A DNA stretch of 64,000 nucleotides, taken from NCBI RefSeq assembly GCF_001194135.2, contig NC_068983.1:60277872-60341871 (forward strand), written 5' to 3'. Below are positions 1-12,466 of the stretch, one piece after another (positions within the stretch are counted from its first letter, which is position 1; each line of letters starts with the position of its first letter). The stretch is from Octopus bimaculoides (lineage: Eukaryota). The notes beneath the pieces were generated by a model. It made no database searches, was not told where the DNA came from, and was given only the letters and a program-made list of their open reading frames with translations. The position numbers and the translations under genes were made by a program.

Positions 1-203
1 AAGAACGAGAGGGGGAGAAAGATTCAAAGATAGTCGCGTCAGAAATATAAAGTTAAAACTTCCTTGCAAAGATGCCGCATGCATTCGATCATGTAATAAT
101 ACAAATAATATGTGAGTATATGCATATATACATACATGTATGTACATACCTACATCTACATGTATATATAGATGCATATCTGGGTACAGGACATCACAAG
201 ATG

Positions 204-235
<32 letters not shown>

Positions 236-781
236 CATCCTGCGATGGTGTGTACATAGAGAAACTGAAACAGTTACTTTGACTCATTGAACTGTTCCTA
301 AACACAGTTTTCACAACTTCAGAAAATATATCCACATACTGTGTTCTCTTCACTTAAGAACAACAGACCTGTATGTTGCTTTTAAGGAAAATTATTGGGT
401 GCAGGTCTGGCTGAGTGGTTAAGAAGCTTGCTTTGGGTTCATTTTATAAGTGAATATCCTCATCGCCACTTTTATATCCTTCTATACATTGGATATACAG
501 ATTTTACAGAACAGGGATAGACACAGCTGTCCTCACACGACGTATTTCAAATTACTCCACTAAACATGATACTCTAATAAATACAAACTCCCAACGATCC
601 CAATGACTTCCTACAGACTCCCAACAACTCCTATCACTGTTTTCCCATCTCACCCAATACACTATTCTCTGTAAGAGTTTGGCTAGTCCATTCTTCCAGT
701 CCCACAAGGGTGTCAATGACACCCACCACAGCCATTCAGTACCACTGCATGGCACCTTGGAAACAGGAACTGAAAGTAGTC

Positions 782-848
782 CTGTGTGTGTGTGTGTGTG
801 TGTGCGATTGCATTGCATTGCATTGCATTGCATTGCATTGCATTGCAT
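782..848. repeat. Compound (TG)n + (ATTGC)n microsatellite
   Basis: Direct reading. Confidence 0.95.
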
Positions 849-1992
849 GATAGTTATAAGTAAGTGTTGCTGTCATACAATTAGTGTCTTTCATTCCCAA
901 TATTCTGTGGAAAACAAGACAGTGAGTTGGCAGAACCGTTAGCATGCCAGGCAAAATGCTTAGTGGCATTTTGTCCATCTTTACATTCTGAGTCCAAATT
1001 CGGTTGAGGTCCACTTTGCCTTTCATCCTTTTAGGGTCAATAAAATAAAGTACCAGTTGAGTACTGGGGTCAGTGTAATCAATTTACCCCTCCCCTCTTT
1101 GTGCCAAAATTTAAAGCCAGTACTCTGTGAAAAAGCTATCTGACATTTGGAAATATTCCTTGCTTGGCAAAAGGCTAGGGTTGGTGACAGAAACAGCATC
1201 CGACAGGATTTCTAGTGAGGTAGATTTTCATCTACCTCACTAAAACTCCATCTGAGTCAAGCATAGAAAAGAGGACATTAAAATGATGATAATTACATTC
1301 CATATCAATAGAAACACTTCCTCTATGTTTTGCTACCATCAACTGACTTGTAAGAATTCAAACTAAACTTTACTCATTGGCAATTAAACTGGCCATATCT
1401 GGCTCAGATATTCTACCTGTTCTATGTTCAAACCCTACAGATCTCACCTCTCCCTTCTTACACCAATCCTACAATATTATTCTGACAAAATAAATAACCA
1501 TGTCATTGAAAATTTGAAGCTACATGATAATGCATGAGTAACTAATGCTGGTGCCATGTAAAAAGCAGCCAGTCCACTCTGTAAAGTGGTTGGCATTAGG
1601 AAGAGCATCCAGCTGTAGAAACCAAGCCAAAACAGACTGTGGAACCTGGTGTGGCCCCTGGCCTTGCCATCACCTGACAAGCTGTTCAACCCATGTCAGC
1701 ATGGAAGACTGACATTAACCTATTACCTGCCATGAACCCCATTTGGAGATCTGCTAAAAACAGTCTTATTGCTGGTTGTTTGTTGTATTTAAAGTGAATT
1801 GCTTATGTACAGTACATTTGCAGAGGTGTGTTTAACAATATTTAAATAGTTGTATGCTGTCAACTTAATGTGACAGTCCCCTGAAGGGAATTATACTACT
1901 GTTGGTTAGACCTAGGAAGCTGCACCGCTTTCTGTCGGCTTTGACACATTTCCTGTGTCCTTATGTTTACAAGGGGGTGACAAGCACCTGCA

Positions 1993-2035
1993 TCCAGAGA
2001 CATGTTTCTGAGTCGTTGCTTGTCATCAGTCTGGA
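1993..2035 (-). ncRNA. Minimal type I hammerhead ribozyme motif, Penelope-type
   Basis: - strand TCCAGA-CTGATGA-CAAGCAACGACTCA-GAAA-C-AT-GTC-TCTGGA: intact core, GUC triplet, 6-bp stem I, palindromic minimal stem III; stem II damaged. Confidence 0.7.
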
Positions 2036-3514
2036 GTAGCATGACTTGCTAGTCGAAGATGCCTGTCAAGCTCTTGTAACAACTATTTCATCGTATCACT
2101 ACTGCATAAATCTCACTGAGAGATTTAGAAATGTATTATTTCTAAAAATAACAATATTTAATTGTTAAAGTTTCGTCATTATTATCTCTGGCTAACTCTA
2201 CAGGATGTTTTATGTCATAAATCGCAATTTTTGAACTACAAAAATATTGACTGTTTTGAAAACCTTTTGTTTTTGTTTTGTTCCACTTCCCATCTGTATT
2301 ATTCATTGATAGTTCATATCACATTCGCATTTGATACTAGAGTTTCAAAAAAGACTAAGATGTTTATTATTGCAATTAAATAGAAAAGGATAACTATACT
2401 TTTTTTTCAGTAATCCCCATTTGGGACTTAAATACTATATGTTATTTTAGCTCCTGAGACCTCTGGCAAAGCCAAAAAATATGAATAAAAAGATTTGGCA
2501 GTTAATGGTTAAATGATGATGATGATGAACTCAAGAAATAAGCATCACATTTGACAGAGTAATCTGAATGCTAAAGCATTAAACCACTTGTCGAGGTGAT
2601 CTATGGCTTCTGATTTCAATGGCATTGCAGCTGTTGCCATTCTGTTCTCTTTGAGGCTTTGCACTACTTTAACCAAATGCAAATGACATGGCTGCGTGAT
2701 TAAGAAGTTTGCATTGCAATGGCATAGTTTTACGTTCATCTCCCTGCATGGCACAGAGGACAAAAGTCTTTTATTTTATAGCTCCAGGCTAACCAAAGCT
2801 TTGTGAGTGGATTTGGTTGGTAGAAACTGAAAGAAGTCCATCGTGTGTGTGTGTGTGTGTACATATATGTATCTTTTATCATTTACTTGTTTCAGTCATT
2901 AAACTGTGGCCATACTGGGGCATCACCTTGAAGAAATTGTTTAGTCAAATGAATTGACACCAGTACTTATTGTTTTTAAGCTTGGTGCTTATTCTATCAG
3001 TCTGTTTTGCTGAACTGCTAAGTTAGGGGAGGGCATAAACACATCAACACCAGTTGTCAAGCAGTGGTGGAGGACAAACACAGACTCAGATACACATACA
3101 TACACATAGATACATACATACAATGGGCTTCTTTCAGTTTCTTTCTACCAAATTTATTCAAGGCTTTGGTCGTCCTGAGGTTATAGTGGAAGACACTTGC
3201 CCAGTGTGTTACACAGTGGAACTGAACCAAGAACCATGTGGTTGAGAAGCCAAAGCATTGCATATTATAAGAAATAATACAAGTTGATAGTTAGTACTTT
3301 TGCCTTGTATTTCAGTATTTCAGAATTAGGACCTCTTCAGGAAATCTTCAGAGAAATGATGTGAATTGGCTTCTTCTCTGTTCTGTAATATGTGTAAATG
3401 AAGGATAGCGTAACTATAATAGCTAATCAGTTCTGTTGCGAATATGTGGGTTGGTCTTCCTAATTATGATGGCTTCTTTTATAGTCAGGTTCCCAATGTT
3501 TTGTTTTATGGCTT

Positions 3515-3760
3515 CTATAGAAACCTGGCTGTTTGGGTATGACATTTCCTTCCATAGATGTTTTTTGTATAGAGATGTTCTTTAACCCATTTGTATACTT
3601 GTCTACTACGTACAACATAAAATTCATTGCATTTCATGTAGTACAGCAAACATGTATTTTCATCGATGATCAGGTAGTTGGGAATGTACATATGGCATTG
3701 TTTTGTGTTGACCTGTTTTTCATTAGGATCCTCCACAGGGAGGGTCCAAAGTGTGCTAGT
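3515..3760 (-). mobile_element. Degenerate Penelope-like GIY-YIG endonuclease remnant
   Basis: - strand peptide CLLYYMKCNEFYVVRSRQVYKWVKEHL resembles the CxxC-xx-YVG-x-T-x-R-x-L-xx-R-xx-EH pattern. Confidence 0.5.
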
Positions 3761-4065
3761 CATATATTCAGCTCCCTCTTTGGATTGCTCAGCAGTTGTG
3801 GGGGGGGGGGGGTTATCATTAAAATGTGGCAGTTTCAAAAATCATCTTATCCTTGAGTGTGTGGTTTTTGTTAGGTGGTCTGGTGATGTCCTGGTGTTTA
3901 GTGAAAGACTATGGATAACTGTTCTCCATCAGAAGTGTATGTTGTGGGTCTTTCTGTTTTCTACCTCACTGCATTTGCTGCATATCTTGCGAATTTCATT
4001 TCTAATGTAGGCCACCTAAGCTCTGATGGTTGGGGATGAATTATAATGCGCAGAGAGGCCCAAAT

Positions 4066-4102
<37 letters not shown>

Positions 4103-4864
4103 CATATATATATACACATGCATATATATAAGCACCCAATACACTCTTTGAGTGGTTGGCATTAGGAAGGGCATCCAGCCTGGTACAGACCCCCCACTTA
4201 CCATTTCAGTCAAGCCATCCAACCCATGCCAGCATGGAAAGTGGACATTAAACGAGGTACAGATGTGGCTGTATGGTAAGAAGCTTGCTTTCCAACCACA
4301 TGGTTCTGGGTTCCGTCCCATTGCATGGCACCTTGGGCAAGTGTTTTCTACTATAGCCTCAGGCCGACCAAAGCCTATAGTATGTGTGTGTGTGTCTGTG
4401 TTTGTCCCTCACCACCGCTTGACAACTGGTGTTGGTGTATTTCTGTCCCCATAATTTAGTGGTTAGGCAAAAGAAACTAATTGAATAAGTACCACATTTT
4501 ACAAAGTAAAATAAGTTCTGGAGTCAATTCATTTGGCAAAAACATTCTTCTAGGTAGTGCCCCAGCATGGCCACAGTCAAATGACTGAAACAAGTAAAAA
4601 ATAAAAGGTGTATAAATTACTGGAGTTTACCTTAGCCTTTGCCATATTAGTCATCAACTATGTCTCCACCATTTTAAGTTATTATCCAAACAACAATTTC
4701 TCTTCTTCAACACACCTTTGTGCTTTAACGATCAGTTCAAACAAATTGATGCCACTTGAAACTGTTAAACCATCTTCTACACTTTTCTTAGTTCTCCTTT
4801 TTTCTATCTTGTAATATTAACAAATCTTTTGCTTTTATTTATTTATCTATTTATTTTTTGAAAG

Positions 4865-5021
4865 GTTTCCTGTGAAGAAGGCCATTGTGTGTGGTATGGA
4901 GTATGCGGTTCCATTCATAATTTCCAGCCAACCAACTGTGTCTATAATGGACCAGCGAAGCCACTCACTGACCCAAGTGCCTTGAAAATCTTGAAGGATT
5001 ACTGCCCAACACTTTATAAGG
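4865..5021 (+). CDS. NPC1: NPC1 exon (N-terminal domain start, [15 protein letters not shown]...CPTLYK)
   Basis: AAG acceptor at 4862-4864, phase 0 start; donor G|gtaaat at 5022; 157 nt. Confidence 0.93.
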
Positions 5022-7751
5022 GTAAATGTTTCACATTAATTATTTCTTGTGTCGTTAAGAAAGAAATCTATGATGAGTTTTTCTTTTAGAAGTTGATTAA
5101 TTGCTAAAGTTTCCAAGAGATTTGCCCCATGTATATGTCTTTTATCTCACTTTTAGCTTTTACTCGTCTCAGTCATTTAGATTGTGCCCATGCTGGGGCA
5201 CCATCTGGAAGAATTTTAATCAAACACATTGACCCCAGTGCTAACTTTTATGAAGCCTGGTATTTATTTTATTCCCCACCCCTTTGCCGAATCACTAGGT
5301 TACTGGGATATATACCAGCCAACACCTGTTGTCAAGTGATAGTGGGAGACAAATACAAAGACATGCACACATGCTGGGCTTCTTTCAGTTTCCTTCTACC
5401 AGATCCACTCACAAGGCTTTAGTCTGCCCAAGGCTATAGTAGAAGACATGTGCACAAGGTGTCACTCAGTAGCACTGAACCTGAAACCATATGGCTGGGA
5501 AGCAAACTTCTTACCACACAGCCGCACCTGTGTGGATGTTTTTGTCTCTTTGTCTTGACATCATGTGATAGTCTTAAATGAGAGTCTCTGTCATACAAGG
5601 GGTGTCATTCTTTTCCAGTCTTCTGTGAGAAGTGTGTCTCATTGTCCTCTGGTCAAGGTTGCTCAGACATTTTCAACCTAAGCACGCTATCCATCTCAGT
5701 CATGCAATAGTTGAGGGAGGTCTTCAAGCAGGCATCTAGTGTTTCTAGTGAGTTGATCTGCTTACATTGTGTTCAGACAACCTTCTTGAATATGGCCATG
5801 CTTTGGCACATAGCAGTAAGTCACTTGCCAGCTCTTGTTTAGCTCACTAGCAATGTCCCACAAAATACAAGTGCCTCTCCCTTATAACGGTGGAAGCAGG
5901 CAGATCTCTGTACAGTTGTTTCTTAGTGGGATGTATTCTCCAAGATCTGTTTTAAGACTACTTTTGATATTCGTGTGTAAGTTCCATCTAACTTGGATTC
6001 CAGGTTTTTAGTTAGCATCCAGGTTGTTACTCCATATAAAAGAATTGACTCTACTGTTGCACAGAAAAATTTCCTCTTAAGGCTGTCCGATAGCATTAAT
6101 TTTCAGACAAGTTGATGATTTCACATACCTTCGTTCTGAGATAGCCTCAACTGAAGAGCATGTCTAGTTGTGAGGAAATATAACCTCATTTGGAAATAGG
6201 TGGGGGTTGGTGACAGGAAGAGATGTCGAGAGATTTGCTAAACATAAGCATACACGCATACACACAGGTACATAGACATAAATATAGACATACACACTGC
6301 ACATAGAAACATAGGCACACAGATGTAGAGAACATATATGCATATACACAAACATATACATATATAGGTGCAGGCGTGGCCGTGTGGTAAGAAGGCGGCG
6401 AGCTGGCAGAAACATTAGCACGCCGGGCGAAATGCTTAGCAGTATTTTGTCTGCTGTTACGTTCTGAGTTCAAATTACGCCGAGGTCGACTTTGCCTTTC
6501 ATCCTTTCTGGGTCGATAAATTTAGTACCAGTTATGCACTGGGATCGATGTAATCGACTTAATCCCTTTGTCTGTCCCTGTTTGTCCCCTCTATGTTTAG
6601 CTCCTTGTGGGCAATAAAGAAATAAGAAGCTAGCTTCCAAACCATATGGTTCTGGGTTCAGTCCCACTGCATGGCACTTTATGCAAGTGTCTTCTTCTAT
6701 AGCCTTGGGCCAACCAAAGCCTTGTGAGTGGATTTGATAGATGGAAACTGAAAGAAGTCCTGTCATATATATATATGTATGTGTGTCTGTGTTTGTCCCT
6801 GCTCCATCACTTGACAACCGATACAGGTGTGTTTATGTCCTTGTAACTTTGCAATTCAGCAAAAGAGACCAATAGAATTAGTATTAAACTTACAAAGAAT
6901 AAGTCCTGGGGTCAACTTCTTCAACTGTAGTTTTAAGGCCTAATTGACTGAAGTTAGAAATAAGTTGTTTCCTAAATTTGTCAAGGGTGTGGCCACCATA
7001 CCCATGGGAGATACCCAGACCGTAGTCTCGATATAGACCAATGTCATGAGATGGGTACTTAGATCTCAATGTGTTTCATACAAATAAACCCACAAGGTCA
7101 CAGACGTCAGCACTATTGTATGACCCCCATAGAGACATCAAATAGTTCATCATTATGCGACACTTTTACCCATGCTCATCTTTTATGAAACGGTAGTGTT
7201 TTCCTCACATTCCTGATAAAATCTAGGTCTATTGGGTCAATATTAACATGATTTAGCAAACTCAGTGGCTTTGTCAAGTAGTGTGTGTATCATCATCATC
7301 GTTTAACGTCCGTTTTCCATGCTGGCATGGGTTGGACTGTTTGACTGGGCTCTGGAAAACCAGGGGCTGCATATATATATATANNNNNNNNNNNNNNNNN
7401 NNNNNNNNNNNNNNNNNNNNNNNNNNNNNNNNNNNNNNNNNNNNNNNNNNNNNNNNNNNNNNNNNNNNNNNNNNNNNNNNNNNNNNNNNNNNNNNNNNNN
7501 NNNNNNNNNNNNNNNNNNNNNNNNNNNNNNNNNNNNNNNNNNNNNNNNNNNNNNNNNNNNNNNNNNNNNNNNNNNNNNNNNNNNNNNNNNNNNNNNNNNN
7601 NNNNNNNNNNNNNNNNNNNNNNNNNNNNNNNNNNNNNNNNNNNNNNNNNNNNNNNNNNNNNNNNNNNNNNNNNNNNNNNNNNNNNNNNNNNNNNNNNNNN
7701 NNNNNNNNNNNNNNNNNNNNNNNNNNNNNNNNNNNNNNNNNNNNNNNNNNN

Positions 7752-7796
<45 letters not shown>

Positions 7797-10700
7797 CGTT
7801 TATACTTTTTCGTTGGTTATGCTTTTCTGTGTTATTGTTAAATTTAAGTAAAAATATAATCTTATATATATATATAAATGTTTTCCTAAATAAAATTACA
7901 CTTCTTGTTTGGAGCTCCAATGAAGCTCTTGAGTGATACACAATCATTCAACTATGAGAGTGCATTGCATCTTATGGCAGAAACTAATGAACTTCGTTAC
8001 ATAATTTCGTAATCCTTTGTCATTCTATTTCTTATTACTGCTCTGTCCTTGACGGACACTTTGTTCTAAAGCCCACGTATGTTCATTTCTAATCTCAGGT
8101 TATTAGTATCGCTGTGCCTAAGTGAAACAATATAAATTTTTAAGGTGGTTATTTGCAATTTACGACCAAAGGGCACAAATACAATTGTCACTAAAGTACA
8201 ATTATCATTAAAGTAACGGGGGATTCAAGTTAGCACTAGCATTAGAAAAAATAAAAGTCATGACAATTCTTAGCCACAGGCAAGCACTTATCGCATGACT
8301 GACAAGGGAGATATGCTCCCTACAGCAAGTGAGATACTTGGATCATCGATGAATTTGCATTTAATCAATCCTCATCAGTGACCTTTACTCAGATGCTGAG
8401 GACTAAACTTAACCTTCCTTGTCAGTTTATAGAAAATACTATAGGAAGCGGTGACTGATTCCGTAAAATGGTAAAGTGAAAAATGTAAATTATTAAGGTG
8501 TCTTTGTATCTGCATTTGTCCCAACTACCTCTGCTTGACAACCAGTGTTTGTTTGTTTCATCCCTGTAACTTAGTAATTCAGCAAAAAGAGACTGATAGA
8601 ACAAGCACCAGACTTTAAAAAAAGTACATAGTGATGGGGTTGATTTGTTCAACTAAAACCCTTTTAGGTGACACCCCAGTATGGTTGCAGTCCATTGACT
8701 GCAGCCAATAAAAGGAGATAAAACATAAAAGATGTACAAGCCAATGTCTTTCCTTTTTATAAAGTTGGTGATGTAGGATTCTTTCTTCAAGCGAATTGGT
8801 TGCTAATTCTGTTTACTTAGAGCTACAGGTGTACAAAATGTGATTATATTAGGTGCATGTAGGGACTGCTATGCATTATTCCAAACAATAAGCTACTTCA
8901 TGCTGGAGCACACAGTACCCTTGTCTATTAGTTAGAAGTATTTCTTGAACACTGCACCTGTGGATCATGGCTAGTTATTCGATCACTTATCTGTGTACTG
9001 TTATAGGTCTGATTGATCACAGTTGACCCAGGGTTAAACAACTTTGAACTGGAGGGAGTAAGACTAAATCACTTACCATTTCTGATATTCCATGGCTCTT
9101 TTAAGACTCAATCTTTTACTTGTTTAAGTCCTTGGACTGCAGCCAGGCCAGGGCACCATCTTGAAGGTTTTAGTTGAATAGATCTATCCCAATGCTCATT
9201 TGTGATGGTGCATTGGAAAACCTGTCGGATGTTGCTAAATAAACAACTGAGATGTTTTTTTTTTTTTTACATATTTGCTGTGGCAAATGACTCCAGTTTC
9301 AATTCCATGACTCCTATTCATTTTATGAGTCAGAAAAGGCTGAAGTTGTGAAAAGTTTTTAGTTCTCAAATGCAGCTCAACTTCAAACACTGTTTTCTCA
9401 AAAAGACCAATTTTCTGGGTCACATTTGCTTATCCAAGAAAAAATGGCATATCTCTGTCAAATATTAAGATATTTGAAAAATTTTAAGTGTTCTGAAATC
9501 TTTGAGTTATGCTCTTTCAGAATAGAACAAAAATCACCATTTCAAATTTTTAACAATATTAATGGTTTTCCCCTGCACCATCACATTTTTTGAATGTCTG
9601 GCACTTATTCTTCCAGTCTTTTTTTATGAACCACTGAGGTATGTGGACATAAGCACCAACACCAGTTGTGAAGTGGGGGTGGGATGAAAGAGACACAATG
9701 AGACACTCATAAATGCACATCTCTCTCTCTATCTATCTCACTCTATCCCCCCCTCTCCCTGGCGTTAGGAAGGGCATCCAGCTGTAGAAACATTGCCAGA
9801 TCAGATTGGAGCCTGGAGCAGCTGCTAGCTCTCCAGACCTCAGTCAAACCATCCAACCCATGTCAGCATGGAAAACAGATGTTAAACAATGATGATGATG
9901 ATATACACACACACACCCATATATATGTATATGTATTATGTATCATCACCAACATTTAACATCCGTTTTCCATGCTGGCATCACAAAACAGGATGAAAAC
10001 AAACTCAATGCTGGTTGTATTCCTCTGTTTCAGGATATCATTATATCGGTTCTCTCCTGTCTCTGACCATCTCTCACGTCTACAATCTACACTCTCTCTC
10101 CATCCACTTATCCACACTTCCTGTTCCCCAGCCCCCTCTCACTTTCACTATTTTTATCTCATCCTGGCACCACCCTACTCGCTCCCATTCTCTCCTCTAT
10201 AATGTAAGTAGCCATGTATCTCCCATACAACAAGAAACTTGTTCCATTCTGGCCCCTTATCTCGCATTCTAACCCCTCATTCCCTTGCATAAAGCCTCTC
10301 TACTGTAACCCCACTCAGTTGAAGAGGATCTTAATCTTGTAGGCTGCATGGTAACCTCATAAACGCTGGTGCCACAAAAGAAACACCCAGTGCACAGTGT
10401 AAGTTGTTTGGCATTTGGAAGGGCCTCCAGCCATTGGCCCAGTTTCTACAGCTGGATATTCCTTGAACTGTCAGAGATTCTCAGATAGCTGGTCAAAGAA
10501 TTATGGGTTCATCTCTATTACAAACAAAATACAATACTCTGCTACCCTTGGTGTCCCTACCCAGAGAACAAATAATCACTGACAGTCTTCTAGCACAGTA
10601 GTTCTCAACTGGTGTCCAAATGACCTTTGAGGGTCCATATATGATTTTGTTGTAAAACTTTATCTGCAATAAACTCTTTTACTCTTTTACTTGTTTCAGT

Positions 10701-12391
10701 CATTTGACTGGCCATGCTGGGGCACCGCCTTTAGTCGAACAAATCAACCCCAGGACTTATTCTTTTGTAAGCCTAGTACTTATTCTATCGGTCTCTTTTT
10801 GCCGAACCACTAAGTTACGGGGACGTAAACACACCTGCATCGGTTGTCAAGCGATGTTAGGGGGGACAAACACAGACACACAAACACATATATATAAATA
10901 TACATATATACGACGGGCTTCTTTCAGTTTCCGTCTACCAAATCCACTCACAAGGCTTTGGTCGGCCCGAGGCTATAGTACAAAACACTTGCCCAAGGTG
11001 CCACGCAGTGGGACTGAACCTGGAACCATGTGGTTGGTAAGCAAGCTTCTTACCACACAGCCACTGCTGCGCCTATTTATACTTCTACAATACACAAAAT
11101 ATGGTCAATTTTTATCCTTTCACCCGCACAATTTTCACTAAGAAAATTTTTTTAAAACTCAGAATTTTTGTGTGGAATCAAGTACCCTGACCTCCTAATA
11201 TGCTGCAAACTCCTTATTTTTGTTCAGAGTGGTTGGCATTAGGAAGGGCATCCAACTGTAGAAACCTTGCCAAATCAGATCAAGACCTGCCCCCCCCCCA
11301 ACAATTTACCAGTTTTCAGTCAAACCTTCCAACCCATGCCAGAATGGAAAGTAGCCGTTAAATGATGATGCTTATAGGGGCTCACCCGAGTAAACTAGGA
11401 ATCAAAGGGGTCTGTATCTGAAAAATGGTTGTAATAATAGCATGAGAAAGCAAAATGCTTTCAATTCTGTCAGTATACAAGCTGCCCTCAAAAGAACCTT
11501 CTGTGGTTAAAGTCGCCTGCAATGTAATTCAAGTTGGCCAGGCCTGGTCTAGACTAATTGATCTGTAATGATCCACTTCATGCTAAAAGAACCTCAATTA
11601 AGCATCTTTTCTACTCTAGGTACAAGGCCTGAAATTTTGGGGGAGGGGTCCAGTCAATTAGATCGACGCCAGTATGCAACTGGTACTTAATTTATCAACC
11701 CTGCAAAGATGAAAAGTTAAGTCGACCTTGGCAGAATTTGAACTCAGAACGTAAAGACAGACGAAATACCGCTAAGCATTTCACCTGGCGTGCTAATGAT
11801 TCTGCCAGCTCGCCGCCTCAATTAAGCATCTGCTGGTTTTGGTAGTGACTTACAGATTGTGTAAGAATGTCATTTTGTGATTGTGTAACTCAGCTAGCTT
11901 TTCTAAGGCCACTGTATGAGATTGCTAAAATTTGAGTTGACCCCTCCTAGAGTTCTGTAGTTTCTTTGTTTTCTTTAGCTTATCACTTATAAACTAGCTG
12001 ACCCCATGATGTCTAATTGTAGTATTTTGTATATAAATAAGGTACATAATAATCACACATACAAACATTCGCATACTTCCCTTGTACATGTACATCATCA
12101 TCATCATCATCATCGTTTAACGTCCGCTTCCGTACACACATATACTCACACAGAGTTGAAACACTGTTTGATTTTTTTCTTTTCAACATTGAATGTTCAC
12201 CATCCCACTTCCATTGCACACGCACACACACATTCACATAACTCCCTTTTATATATACACACACATATATACTTCCCCATGGCCAGACATGTCTTTCACA
12301 GGAGACTGGAAACGAACATCATCACTTGTGTGACAGTCATGTTCTTTTACAACCATCACATGATGACATGACAAGGGTACACACACACACA

Positions 12392-12466
<75 letters not shown>

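Noticed and set aside
1732-1825. Candidate signal-peptide exon MNPIWRSAKNSLIAGCLLYL
   Set aside because: It stops at 1795 with no phase-0 donor; the phase-0 donor at 1826 gives only MYSTFAE.
8340-8380. CTGATGA on the - strand with a possible stem
   Set aside because: No GAAA follows and no stem I or III. Other CTGATGA hits (about 18990, 37360, 42457, 46060) fail likewise.
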